A DNA stretch of 64,000 nucleotides. Origin: Chitinophaga pinensis. GTDB lineage: Bacteria; Bacteroidota; Bacteroidia; Chitinophagales; UBA10324. The translations under genes and the position numbers were made by a program. The notes beneath the pieces are model-generated. The model worked only from the letters and a program-made list of their open reading frames with translations, made no database searches and was not told where the DNA came from. The stretch covers positions 2,325 to 66,324 of the forward strand of contig CAMDOA010000003.1 of the NCBI GenBank assembly GCA_945903305.1, given 5' to 3'. Shown here in pieces: positions 48,125-57,632 of this stretch (its first letter is position 1; every line of letters starts with the position of its first letter).

Positions 48125-50395
48125 TTATAGCCTGGTTATTTTTTTTGTTATTGTTTGATTATTCATTTTTACCGATATGAAATAAACGCCTGAAGGCTGA
48201 TTTAAAAAATAACCGTTCAATTCCAATTTGTTTTCGCCGGCTTCAACGAAAGACCTGAATGATTCCATTTGTTTTCCAACCAAATCAGAAATATTTATTT
48301 CTGCTAATGATGCATCAACCGAATTCAGAATCATCATAAGTTCATCCGATGATGGATTGGGGTAAACTTCGCAAGAAAAATCAACTGCCGGCTCTGTTAT
48401 TCCAACCGTTGATTGGCCGATATAAATATCATCGACATACAAATTATTTCCCCAGTCACTTGTAAAATTAAATGCAAGAATTAAATCTGATTGGCCTACA
48501 TAAGAACTTAACGAAACCGCTTCAGCACGCCAGTTACTTGCAGCAGGTGTCCAATTATTAGTTGCATAATTAGGGTTAGAAGATAAAGTGCTTCCTGATT
48601 TATCATAAATTGAATTCCATGTATTTCCGCAGTCGATAGAAGCCAAAATACTTAATGCATCTAAAGATGTATTATCATATTGTGCATAGGCTACATTAAA
48701 TTGAACATTTGTATTGGCGGGTGCGCCGGTTAAGTTAATAACAGGTGATAACAGAAAATCCTTTTGTCCTTCAATATCCATGGGTCCGCTGAAGTTATCC
48801 ATTTTTGCACAGCCGATGCTGCCGCCAAATCCACCGGTGGTGTGTCGAGCTAAAATATTATTCGGATTATAGTTAATGTAATTCCAGCCCGCCGGAGGGA
48901 AAGTGCTTGATGCGAAATCTTCGCTCACCGGAATAGTAGCCGGAGGATCAACAACTCTGAATGAACCCATGTAATGATTATTCAAATCAATATCATCGGC
49001 AGCTCCATTTACTTGTGTGATTTTTACTTTCAATAGATGCGATCCGTTAGCTACTGCAGTTGATGGCAGGTTAATGGTTGTAGAATTTCCGGAATTTAAA
49101 TTTCCATTCCAAATAAAACTTACCGGCGTTCCACCGTTTAATTGAAACTGAATTGCCATCGTTGTAATTGCAGTTAAACCAGAGTTAGAAACTGTAATTA
49201 CAGGAGAAATGCTGCCGGTGCAAACATTAAAACCGGTAGAATAAAAATTTGCCAGATGATTCTGCACTGCAGGCGAATTTATTTTTGTTATACCAGCATC
49301 AACCGTTGTTGTACCTGCATCTAATCTGTATATTTTGTTTTCTGTTTTATTCACACACCAAATACGACCGTCGGGTGCAACTTTAATTCCCATCATACCG
49401 GCATGGCCTGTAACAATTGTATCTCTGAAATAAGTGTTGTTTTCCATGTCATATAAATAAATGTCGCCGGTAGTATAATCACTAACTAATAATCGCCCGT
49501 TATAAAAATCAATGCCGCATGGTTGTGAAAGCAGTGTATCAATGATTTCAACATTGGCAAATTCCATTTTATAATATCCTGCAAGAGGCTCCTGAGCAGT
49601 TGTTGGGGTTGATAAATTAGCTGTAAAATTCCCTGTATTGGTATTCATTCTTCGTATTGTTTTCGAAGCGCCATCAATATAATATAACCAGTCGCCCTGA
49701 TGATCAACAACTGCATGACTAGGCACTGAAGGCACTCTTGCGAAAGCCACATCAGTATATCGCCAAATTTTTCCGGCTGAATGATCGTCGTAACCAGGCC
49801 CGTGATCTTCACCAAAATCGTACTTGCAAATATTTCCATTGTATCCATCCAACACCCAGTAAACCATGTTGGTATCATGCGCAATTCCCATTGAAAAAGG
49901 GCTTTGATGAAGCATATCTAAATGGCTGCCAAGTGGCTGGCTTCCTGCCCAATTATTTTGATAAACAGCTGCATAAATTGCTGTGTCGCCCGACCAAAGT
50001 GCAGGACCCATGAATGTGGATGAAGCAGCGCCTGTATTTTTAATTTCATTTGTGTTGGCCCACTTCCCATCGTTGCCAAATGCGAGTGCACTTGGGTACA
50101 TCATAAAATGATCGTTGTGGGAGTCTTCCCGCAATTCACTGTTTTGCCCTGGCAAACCGGCATCATAAATAATAACGATTGTTCCGCCGCTTGAATTTCC
50201 ATAATTCACCACCCACAATTCATTGGTACCCGGTTTAAAATCTAGATCGCGTGGTTGATTAAGCGAATTGGCACTTGTAGCAATTGTAGTAAGTGTTACT
50301 GCATTGCCAATGTAACTATCAATATAATTTACTTGTGCAAAAACCATTTGATTTGAAAACCAAATCATCATTAGTAATAGGATTAATTTTTTCAT
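48125..50395 (-). CDS. T9SS-secreted beta-propeller (NHL-like) protein with a C-terminal T9SS sorting domain
   Basis: The 756-aa protein has a signal peptide, N-terminal propeller-like repeats and Ig-like middle domains. The C-terminus ..VYPNPSSDELMMIL..GVYFISVKMNNQTITKKITRL is a typical Por secretion tail. Confidence 0.7.
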   Translation of the reverse strand: MKKLILLLMMIWFSNQMVFAQVNYIDSYIGNAVTLTTIATSANSLNQPRDLDFKPGTNELWVVNYGNSSGGTIVIIYDAGLPGQNSELREDSHNDHFMMYPSALAFGNDGKWANTNEIKNTGAASSTFMGPALWSGDTAIYAAVYQNNWAGSQPLGSHLDMLHQSPFSMGIAHDTNMVYWVLDGYNGNICKYDFGEDHGPGYDDHSAGKIWRYTDVAFARVPSVPSHAVVDHQGDWLYYIDGASKTIRRMNTNTGNFTANLSTPTTAQEPLAGYYKMEFANVEIIDTLLSQPCGIDFYNGRLLVSDYTTGDIYLYDMENNTYFRDTIVTGHAGMMGIKVAPDGRIWCVNKTENKIYRLDAGTTTVDAGITKINSPAVQNHLANFYSTGFNVCTGSISPVITVSNSGLTAITTMAIQFQLNGGTPVSFIWNGNLNSGNSTTINLPSTAVANGSHLLKVKITQVNGAADDIDLNNHYMGSFRVVDPPATIPVSEDFASSTFPPAGWNYINYNPNNILARHTTGGFGGSIGCAKMDNFSGPMDIEGQKDFLLSPVINLTGAPANTNVQFNVAYAQYDNTSLDALSILASIDCGNTWNSIYDKSGSTLSSNPNYATNNWTPAASNWRAEAVSLSSYVGQSDLILAFNFTSDWGNNLYVDDIYIGQSTVGITEPAVDFSCEVYPNPSSDELMMILNSVDASLAEINISDLVGKQMESFRSFVEAGENKLELNGYFLNQPSGVYFISVKMNNQTITKKITRL

Positions 50396-50540
50396 TTTTT
50401 AAAAATGTTTTTTTGAAATTTACTTTGACCGTGCTTTTGAAATTTTAATGTATGAGTTGAAGTTTATTTAGATTGCAATTTAGCTAATTAATTATTCCCG
50501 TAGGATCAGTCTATTTAATTATTGAATGAAATTATTTTTA

Positions 50541-51791
50541 TTAAAGTTGGTATTTATACAATTCGGCAATGGTTAAAAAATATTCCTTCTCACTTTCCAG
50601 GTAATTGTAGTAGGCTTGATTGTAATAATTTATCTCCAGGAAATATTGCAGTGTTGTTATTTCTCCCAATGCAAGCGCCTTGTTTAGCAGTGCTGCGCTG
50701 TTGAGTGTTGTAAAAACGGTTTGGTAGTCAGATAAAATTATTTTGAGGTTCGCATACTTTTCATAAATGTGCTTGATGTGATAATAATGTTCATTGATGT
50801 GCGCCTCCAATTCCAAACCGGCAAACAATTGTTCGGCATTTTTTTGCTTCACAGTATTTTTATTTTCCCAAAGCGGAATGGAAATGCCTGTATGAATGCC
50901 CTTGTAATTTTGCCCTTTGAATCCCTGGTAATGATAGCCGAGTTCGATTTTCGGAAGTGATAATGATTTTGAAACACTCACTTTTTTTTCTGCGATAATT
51001 TTTTCCTGCTCTAAATTTTTTCGAAGCGGATCGTTGCTTTCATAATCACTTTCCAGTTGTTCGAATGGTGGTATCAATGGCAATTCATTGTAAACAGTAT
51101 CGGTAAAGATGATAGCATTTCCGCCATTGAGTTCAATCAGTTTTTGATTGAGCTGATTTATTTCCGATTGATTATTCTGAACTGCTTTATTTATTTCGAG
51201 CAATTGCAACTTCGCTTTGTTTACATCTAAAATATTTCCATCACCGGTTTCCAATCGCTTATTAAAATCAGCCACTATTTTTTCGGTGTTTTTCTTTTGT
51301 TTCGAAAGTTGAATTTGCATTTTGTTGTGATACACCAATTGTATGCAGGCATTTTTTGCTTCCAATAAAATATCCTGTTGCGTGGCAGTCAGTTGAAATT
51401 GCGCCCTTGCTGATTGCTCGTTTGCCAGTTGATTTTTTTTGAAGTAAGCAGTAGGAAAATCAAATTGCTGATTGATGCTGAACTCAGTTTGGTTACCGGC
51501 ATTAACCGGACTGCCATACAGGTAATCGTATTCAACCGTTGGATTGGCGGGTGTGAGTCCTGTTTTATAATTTAATTTTTCTGCTTCCCAGTACTGCGTG
51601 CTTGCTATTATGGATTTGTTATTCTTTTTTATTTCTGTCAGCACATTTTCCATTGTGGATTGCGCACTTCCATTTACTGAAAGCAGCATAAGAATGATGA
51701 ATGACATGTAAATTTTGAATGATGAATGTTGAATTATGAATTTATAAGTGCTATGAATTATTGTTGTTGCCTTTTTCATTTTTTGTATCAT
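50541..51791 (-). CDS. TolC-family outer-membrane efflux channel
   Basis: Two-repeat coiled-coil/beta architecture, placed last in the RND operon with a 7-nt gap after czcA. The true start may be the ATG at 51707 (MSFIILMLLSVNGSAQ signal peptide), because 51708-51791 is a TGAAT-word tract. Confidence 0.75.
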   Translation of the reverse strand: MIQKMKKATTIIHSTYKFIIQHSSFKIYMSFIILMLLSVNGSAQSTMENVLTEIKKNNKSIIASTQYWEAEKLNYKTGLTPANPTVEYDYLYGSPVNAGNQTEFSINQQFDFPTAYFKKNQLANEQSARAQFQLTATQQDILLEAKNACIQLVYHNKMQIQLSKQKKNTEKIVADFNKRLETGDGNILDVNKAKLQLLEINKAVQNNQSEINQLNQKLIELNGGNAIIFTDTVYNELPLIPPFEQLESDYESNDPLRKNLEQEKIIAEKKVSVSKSLSLPKIELGYHYQGFKGQNYKGIHTGISIPLWENKNTVKQKNAEQLFAGLELEAHINEHYYHIKHIYEKYANLKIILSDYQTVFTTLNSAALLNKALALGEITTLQYFLEINYYNQAYYNYLESEKEYFLTIAELYKYQL

Positions 51792-51798
51792 TTAAAAT

Positions 51799-54700
51799 TC
51801 AAAATTTAGAATTACGATTAGTGAGATAATACACTACAGGAACAATAAAAATATTTAGCAGTGTGGAAGTCAGCAGTCCACCTAAAATAACTTTTGCCAT
51901 GGGGCTTTGAATTTCATTGCCCGGCAAATCGCCGGCTATTGCAAGTGGAATAAGTGCGAGCCCGGCTGTGAGTGCAGTCATCAGAATCGGGCTTAGCCGG
52001 TCTCTTGAACCCTGTATAATTGTGTCGTACAAATTCAATCCCTCTTCATTTAAGGTTTTGTAATGCGACACCAGTAAAATTCCGTTTCGCGTGGCTACAC
52101 CAAATAAGGTGATGAACCCGATGATGGACGGAATGCTCATGATTCCGCTTGTGAAATAAATACTGAACACGCCACCGATGAGTGCAAGCGGAAGATTTAA
52201 TAAAATGATGCCTGCAATTTTTATGTTTTTAAATTCCTGGTAGAGAAGCAGAAAAATAATGAACAAGGATAGCAGCGAGGTAACGAGCAATGTTTTTGAA
52301 GCTTCAGATTCGGCTTGAAACTGTCCTCCGTATTCGATGTGATAACCTTCGGGGAGTTTTATTTTATTGTTAATGATTTGCTGAATTTCCTGTACCACAC
52401 TTTTCTGATCGCGACCGGCAACATTGGCTGATACTACTGTTTTGCGCTGTACATTTTCGCGATTGATGGTGCTCGGGCCACTGGTGCTAACAATATCGGC
52501 AAGGTAGTGAAGCGGAATTCTGCGATGGTGCGATTGATTGTCATTTGTACTTAAACCAATCGCCTCATCAATCATTACATCATTTTCACTAACTCCAACA
52601 TCAATTAAAGTGTTGCGGATATTTTCAATAGAGCCGCGATTGGCATCGTTAAAGCGGAGTATTAAATCAAAAGTTTTATTGTTTTCATAAATCTCCGAAA
52701 CTTTTTCGCCGGCAAAAGCCACATCAATAAATTCGTTGAATTCGCCAATAGTAATTCCATAATGATTGAGCATGTCGCGCTTTGCTTTTATCTGCAACTG
52801 CGGAATTTCAATCTGTTGCTCCACACTCAAATCCACTAACCCGTTAATGTTTTGAATTTCATTTTTTATTTCGTTTGAAAGTGTAAATAGTTTATTCAAA
52901 TCATTACCAAAAATTTTGATGGCAATGTTTGCCCGCGTTCCTGAAAGCATGTGATCGATGCGATGACCGATGGGCTGCCCGATGGTAATGTTTACTCCCG
53001 AAACAGTGGCCAGTTTTTCACGAACCTCCAGCATAAATTCTTCGCGACTTCTATCGGTTAATGTAAATGGCGCCTCTACTTCCGATGAGTTTACTCCTTG
53101 CGCATGTTCATCTAATTCAGCGCGACCGGTTCGGCGCGTGGTTATTTTTATTTCGGGAATAGTCAGCAATGCTGTTTCCACCTGAGTTCCTAACTTATTA
53201 CTTTCTTCCAATGAAATTCCGGGTAAACTCACCACACTTATTACCAATGAGCCCTCATTAAATTCAGGTAAAAAACTTCTTCCCAACTGAGTCATTATAA
53301 AAAGTGATGCAATCAGTAACACGAGCGAAACTCCGATAACCGTTTTTTTCCATCGCATTACTTTTTCTAAAAGCCTGGTGTAACTGTTTTGCAATCGCTC
53401 CACCAACCAACTTTCTTTGTGTTGCCGTTGCAACATTTTTTCATCAGTTAATAAATAACTTCCCAATACAGGAGTGAGTGTGATGCTTACTATCAGTGAT
53501 GCAAAAAGCGAAACGATAAATGCAATGCCGAGTGGTGCCAATAATTTTCCTTCCATACCCGATAAAAAGAAAAGTGGAATGAATGCAACGATGATGATGA
53601 AAGTGGCATTGATAATGGATGTTCTGATTTCAACCGAGGCATCAAAAATTACAGTGAGTTTATTTTTTCGTTCTGCTTCCGGTTTCAGTGCATTTTGTTT
53701 CAGTCGTTTGAAAACATTTTCTACATCAATAATTGCATCATCAACCAAGGCACCAATAGCTATTGCCATACCACCCAAACTCATGGTGTTAATGGTGTAT
53801 CCGAGCCAGTGCAAAGTGAGTATGGCGGCAATGAGTGAAATGGGAATAGCGAGTAATGAAATAATAGTTGCACGCCAGTTCATCAGAAACAAAAACAGAA
53901 TGATGACTACGAAAATGCTTCCTTCCAATAATGTTTTCTGGATGTTGCTGATGGAGGCATTGATAAAATCGGCCTGACGGAAAATATGTGTGTTGATTTT
54001 TATATCGCGAGGTAAATTGATTTGTATGTCGGCAACTGCATCATCAATTTTTTTTGTGAGTTCCAATGTGTTGGTCGCGGGTTGCTTGGCAATGGATAAA
54101 ACAATGGCGGGTTTTGTATTGGACGATGCATCACCGATTTTTTGTGCAGCACCAATTTTTATTTCCGCCACATCTTCAATGCGAATGACTTTTCCATTGG
54201 AAGATTTGACAACTGATTTACCTAATTCATTAACATCGTTTGTTCTGCCGATACCTTTCACGATGTATTCGTTTGCATATTCATTCATGAATCCGCCTGA
54301 TGAATTTCCGTTTGCCTGTTGCGTGGCTTTCAGTAATTCGTTCAGCGATACATTGTAGTAATTCATTTTTTGCGGCGATGCCAGTATCTGGTACTGCTTG
54401 TATTCGCCACCCATTATTACTACTTGAGCCACACCGCCTGTTGCCAGTAATCTTGGTCGAATGTTCCAGTCGGCAATGGTGCGCAATTCCATTAGTGATG
54501 TTGAATCGGCAGTGAGCGAAATGAACATGACCTCGCCCATGATGCTCGACTGTGGTGCAAGAGTTGGGTTGCCAACTCCCTGCGGTAATTTTTCGGCAAC
54601 GGCAATTACTTTTTCGTTTACAATTTGCCGTGCTTTAAAAATATCGGTGTTCCATTCAAACTCTACCCAAACGATAGATATTCCGGCTGATGATGAACTT

Positions 54701-54948
54701 CGAACTCTTCGAACATTGGTTGCACCGTTCACCGATGTTTCTATCGGAAATGTTACGAGCTTCTCCACTTCTTCGGGAGCCATGCCATGTGCTTCCGTTA
54801 GTATCACCACTGTTGGTGCAGTGAGATCAGGAAATACATCCACTTCCATTCGGGTGGCTATGTAACTTCCAAAAATTATCAGCAGCACGCTTGTTACTAT
54901 AATGAGCAGGCGATTGTTTAATGAAAAATTTATTATTCTGTTGAGCAT
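51799..54948 (-). CDS. czcA: CusA/CzcA-family heavy-metal efflux RND permease
   Basis: 1049 aa with 12 TM helices and two large periplasmic loops. HME-type N-terminal region: DVFPDLTAPTVVILTEAHGMAPEEVE .. VWVEFEWNTDIFKARQIV. Confidence 0.9.
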   Translation of the reverse strand: MLNRIINFSLNNRLLIIVTSVLLIIFGSYIATRMEVDVFPDLTAPTVVILTEAHGMAPEEVEKLVTFPIETSVNGATNVRRVRSSSSAGISIVWVEFEWNTDIFKARQIVNEKVIAVAEKLPQGVGNPTLAPQSSIMGEVMFISLTADSTSLMELRTIADWNIRPRLLATGGVAQVVIMGGEYKQYQILASPQKMNYYNVSLNELLKATQQANGNSSGGFMNEYANEYIVKGIGRTNDVNELGKSVVKSSNGKVIRIEDVAEIKIGAAQKIGDASSNTKPAIVLSIAKQPATNTLELTKKIDDAVADIQINLPRDIKINTHIFRQADFINASISNIQKTLLEGSIFVVIILFLFLMNWRATIISLLAIPISLIAAILTLHWLGYTINTMSLGGMAIAIGALVDDAIIDVENVFKRLKQNALKPEAERKNKLTVIFDASVEIRTSIINATFIIIVAFIPLFFLSGMEGKLLAPLGIAFIVSLFASLIVSITLTPVLGSYLLTDEKMLQRQHKESWLVERLQNSYTRLLEKVMRWKKTVIGVSLVLLIASLFIMTQLGRSFLPEFNEGSLVISVVSLPGISLEESNKLGTQVETALLTIPEIKITTRRTGRAELDEHAQGVNSSEVEAPFTLTDRSREEFMLEVREKLATVSGVNITIGQPIGHRIDHMLSGTRANIAIKIFGNDLNKLFTLSNEIKNEIQNINGLVDLSVEQQIEIPQLQIKAKRDMLNHYGITIGEFNEFIDVAFAGEKVSEIYENNKTFDLILRFNDANRGSIENIRNTLIDVGVSENDVMIDEAIGLSTNDNQSHHRRIPLHYLADIVSTSGPSTINRENVQRKTVVSANVAGRDQKSVVQEIQQIINNKIKLPEGYHIEYGGQFQAESEASKTLLVTSLLSLFIIFLLLYQEFKNIKIAGIILLNLPLALIGGVFSIYFTSGIMSIPSIIGFITLFGVATRNGILLVSHYKTLNEEGLNLYDTIIQGSRDRLSPILMTALTAGLALIPLAIAGDLPGNEIQSPMAKVILGGLLTSTLLNIFIVPVVYYLTNRNSKF

Positions 54949-54957
54949 TTTTTTGTT

Positions 54958-56472
54958 TTAGTGTTCGTGACCATGCGCCGGCATAGTTCCACTTGCTTGT
55001 GATAATTTAATCTGGTATGCACCTTTTGTAACCACTCTTTCGCCTTCGGCAATTCCGCTTAACAACTGCACATTCATTCCATCAGTTGCGCCAAGTTTTA
55101 CTTCACGCTTCTGAAAGCTTTCGCCTTCTGTTTGCACATACACAAAAAAGTTTCCCTGCTCTTCTATCAATGATGAAACAGGAATAACCAATGCATCGGG
55201 TATCGGAAATGATTTCAGATAAACTTCCACCACACTTCCCGGAATTAAATTGGAAACTTGTCCCGATGGAGCCGGGATATTATCTATCTCAAAAGTTATG
55301 GGAATAAATGGTGAATTGGAAGAAGCACTTTTTCCAAAAGAAATTACTTTACCATTCAACTCTGTAGTGCTGAAAACTTTTTCGCTATCTGTGGATTTGA
55401 AATTTGCAGAAGTAATGGTGGTCAGTTTGCTGAAATATTTTTGAGATACATTGGCTTGCAGTATCAGTTTTTTATTTTTTGAAATGATGGCGAGTGAAGT
55501 TCCCGCTTCAACAAACTGACCTTCGGTAACCAGAATGTTTTTTACAAAACCATTGATGGGTGCGCTGACACTTACTCCGTTTGATGAATAATTTTTTGCA
55601 ACCGTATTAAAAACGGTTTGCGCACTTTCATAATCGAGTTTGGTTTGCTGAAAATCTTTTTGCGAAATGATTTTGTCTTTCACCAGTTCTGTAGCACGGT
55701 TGTAATCTTCCTGTGCTTTTTCATAAGCTGATTTAGCGGTGCGGTATCGAGCATCAATGTTTCCATCTGATAATTCTCCACTTGCTATCATGAACAAGTT
55801 TGTACCGTTACTTACTTCGGAACCAATGATGGTTTTGTTTCCTGTGAATAAAACAATGCCCGATGCTTTAGCTGTTACTATTAATTCATCTCCGGGCGCT
55901 GAAAGAATTTGTCCGTTTGTTTTTATGATGTCGCTGAAAGTTTGTTTAGTAATTGGTGCATTTGCAAACTCCACTTTCCATGCTTGTTCTTTCAGGTAAG
56001 AGATATCGCCGCCTGCACTTTCTTCGGGTTGATCTGCGAGCGCAGTTTTTTCATCGGCATACACTTTCACATTTTCAATAATGATTTGATCGGTGAAGCT
56101 TTTTGTTTTTATATCAAAAATTAATTTACCGGAACCGGAAGTTGTTGGTTTTAATGCCAATCGGTAAATGCCCGGCACAGCAGGCGTTTCAGCAGTTTGC
56201 TTAATTCCTTTTCCATCAACAACTAAACTTATTGTAACACTCCCTTCTGATAGTGGTAGAAAGTTTTCGCCAAGTATGGTAAAGTGTGCAGCAAATTTTG
56301 ATACCGTTCCAACAATTAATGGTTTGAACTCGATAAAAATTTCGGACTTATCAGAATACTGTGTATAAGCAAGCGGTTCCATGCCGTGCTCGTGAGCCGG
56401 CTCTTCGGGTGTGTTGGTGCAGGCAGTAAAAAGAAATACAGCCAATGCAATAACTGAAATTATTTTGTTCAT
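54958..56472 (-). CDS. czcB: RND efflux periplasmic adaptor (CzcB/CusB-like) with His-rich termini
   Basis: A lipobox (LFTAC) is followed by barrel-sandwich hybrid, coiled-coil hairpin and beta-barrel segments. N-terminal EPAHEHGMEP and C-terminal MPAHGHEH look like metal-binding tails. Confidence 0.85.
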   Translation of the reverse strand: MNKIISVIALAVFLFTACTNTPEEPAHEHGMEPLAYTQYSDKSEIFIEFKPLIVGTVSKFAAHFTILGENFLPLSEGSVTISLVVDGKGIKQTAETPAVPGIYRLALKPTTSGSGKLIFDIKTKSFTDQIIIENVKVYADEKTALADQPEESAGGDISYLKEQAWKVEFANAPITKQTFSDIIKTNGQILSAPGDELIVTAKASGIVLFTGNKTIIGSEVSNGTNLFMIASGELSDGNIDARYRTAKSAYEKAQEDYNRATELVKDKIISQKDFQQTKLDYESAQTVFNTVAKNYSSNGVSVSAPINGFVKNILVTEGQFVEAGTSLAIISKNKKLILQANVSQKYFSKLTTITSANFKSTDSEKVFSTTELNGKVISFGKSASSNSPFIPITFEIDNIPAPSGQVSNLIPGSVVEVYLKSFPIPDALVIPVSSLIEEQGNFFVYVQTEGESFQKREVKLGATDGMNVQLLSGIAEGERVVTKGAYQIKLSQASGTMPAHGHEH

Positions 56473-56497
56473 TCAATTTATGTTTTAGAATATTTAA

Positions 56498-56749
56498 TTA
56501 ATGAGAGTGCTTTTGTTTGGCTTGCTTTTCATTTTCATGAGTATGTTCTTTACCTGTTTCTTTTGAAGTGGAATCAACAGGAGCAGTAAATTCTTCTTGT
56601 GTAACACTGTCGGCTTCATGATTGTCGTGGACAGTGCCATCGTCGTGCACATGTGTATCTTCTGAGTGCTCTTGTTCTTTTGGTTGATTACCTGAACATG
56701 CAGCGAGCAGGCATGCGGAAAAAATCAGCGGGGCAAAAAAGTTTTTCAT
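56498..56749 (-). CDS. Small His/Asp/Glu-rich periplasmic lipoprotein (putative metal-binding accessory protein)
   Basis: 83 aa with lipobox LLAAC. The mature part is 11 His among mostly acidic residues (HSEDTHVHDDGTVHDNHEAD .. HTHENEKQAKQKHSH). It lies directly upstream of czcB. Confidence 0.55.
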   Translation of the reverse strand: MKNFFAPLIFSACLLAACSGNQPKEQEHSEDTHVHDDGTVHDNHEADSVTQEEFTAPVDSTSKETGKEHTHENEKQAKQKHSH

Positions 56750-56845
56750 TGTTCTGTATTTGATTTATTTAATTGGAATTAATAACAAATTCTCTTCCCG
56801 CATTTTTAATATGCAGAAAGTACAAGCTTTATGAAACAAAAGCAT

Positions 56846-57250
56846 TTAACTAAAAAATACCGGAGGCCCTCTTAACGCAACAAGGAGCGAATGAGGGGAA
56901 AAGTATATTGCTTGCGCCGCATATGGATTGATTAGCAATGGCGGAATATCAAAATCTTCGAATGAAAATTTGTTACTCAAAACAGCAACAACAGAAATAA
57001 GTTTTATTGAAAAGAGTTTTCCAATGTTGTGATTCGGGCTTATTGTAAAATCATCATCGGGATGAATGGAATGGGTGAACATGTGGCCGAGGTCATTATC
57101 GTGTTCTTCGCCGTGATGCTGGTGATGGGTTTGATGATGCTCAGCTAAATCGTGTTCGTTGTTGTGATGATGATGCGGAATGATGTTGTGCCCGAGCAAT
57201 AATGCGTAGGCAATGGTTAGAAAAATAATTGTTGCTTGCTTTTTAAACAT
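56846..57250 (-). CDS. His-rich membrane-anchored protein, first gene of the metal-efflux operon
   Basis: From the ATG at 57250: MFKKQATIIFLTIAYALLLG (TM helix), then HNIIPHHHHNNEHDLAEHHQTHHQHHGEEHDND. The ORF-track extension to 57415 runs through non-coding tandem repeats and was rejected. Confidence 0.5.
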   Translation of the reverse strand: MFKKQATIIFLTIAYALLLGHNIIPHHHHNNEHDLAEHHQTHHQHHGEEHDNDLGHMFTHSIHPDDDFTISPNHNIGKLFSIKLISVVAVLSNKFSFEDFDIPPLLINPYAAQAIYFSPHSLLVALRGPPVFFS

Positions 57251-57350
57251 CGGAAGCAAATGTAATGGAAAATGATTTAGTGATTTGTTATAGAGGTTGA
57301 ATATTGGTTTGGTTGCAAGTAAATAACGAAAGATGCAAAATGAAAACAAA

Positions 57351-57452
57351 CCTACAGGAAACAAATTTCGGTTCGTGGGGACACGAACCGAAGCGGCAAA
57401 ACCTATAGGAAACAAATTTCGGTTCGTGGGGACACGAACCGAGGCGGCAATA
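57351..57452. repeat. Two tandem 51-bp units (48/51 identical), each containing a perfect palindrome CGGTTCGTG-GGGA-CACGAACCG
   Basis: Units span 57351-57401 and 57402-57452, with palindromes at 57369-57390 and 57420-57441. A decayed third half-unit (cacgaagcgaggcgggaata) lies near 57498-57517. Flanking 19-bp repeats atattggtttggt(t/a)gcaag occur at 57301 and 57450. Confidence 0.9.
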
Positions 57453-57632
57453 TTGGTTTGGTAGCAAGAATGATATTGAGTTTTCGATTTATTGTTGCAC
57501 GAAGCGAGGCGGGAATATTTTTTCTGATGATGCCGGTTGCAAACCGGATTGCTTAGTACAGCTATATCGCATATGGGGCAGAACGACTATTATATATTTA
57601 AGTGATAGTGCAAATGGTTATGAGTGAGACAT

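Noticed and set aside
53474-54865. Plus-strand ORFs of 122-167 aa (53474..53977, 53990..54358, 54461..54865) inside czcA. Similar antisense ORFs occur inside other long genes: 14423..14848, 36011..36418, 33333..33704, 27679..28044 and 62829..63521.
   Set aside because: These are shadow ORFs on the opposite strand of strongly supported genes. Their amino-acid composition is low-complexity and Ser/Phe/Ile-rich, and no motifs are present.
57257-57264. A TACATTTG match (minus strand) to the Bacteroidetes -7 promoter consensus TAnnTTTG, just upstream of the His-rich ORF.
   Set aside because: It lies only 6 nt from the proposed ATG, which would imply a leaderless transcript. A single 8-mer match in AT-rich DNA is weak evidence, so it is not annotated as a promoter.
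57251-57415. The N-terminal 55-codon extension of ORF 56846..57415 (MFPIGFAASVRVPTNRNLFPVG..).
   Set aside because: It is read through the 51-bp tandem repeats and hairpins, and has no signal-peptide or TM logic. The internal ATG at 57250 gives a clean TM helix plus His-rich protein, so the extension is treated as non-coding.
57367-57441. Whether the GGTTCG-containing hairpins are tRNA fragments or an att site.
   Set aside because: The stem is CGGTTCGTG/CACGAACCG with a 4-nt loop, not a 5-bp T-arm with a 7-nt GTTCGAATC-type loop. No acceptor or anticodon arms can be built around it, and no integrase is present.
57251-57460. Whether a NiCo (czcD-type) or other metal riboswitch sits upstream of the efflux operon.
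   Set aside because: I cannot fit the region to the four-way-junction NiCo architecture. The structure is two identical simple hairpins in tandem. An Rfam scan would settle it, so this is left only as a generic regulatory hypothesis.
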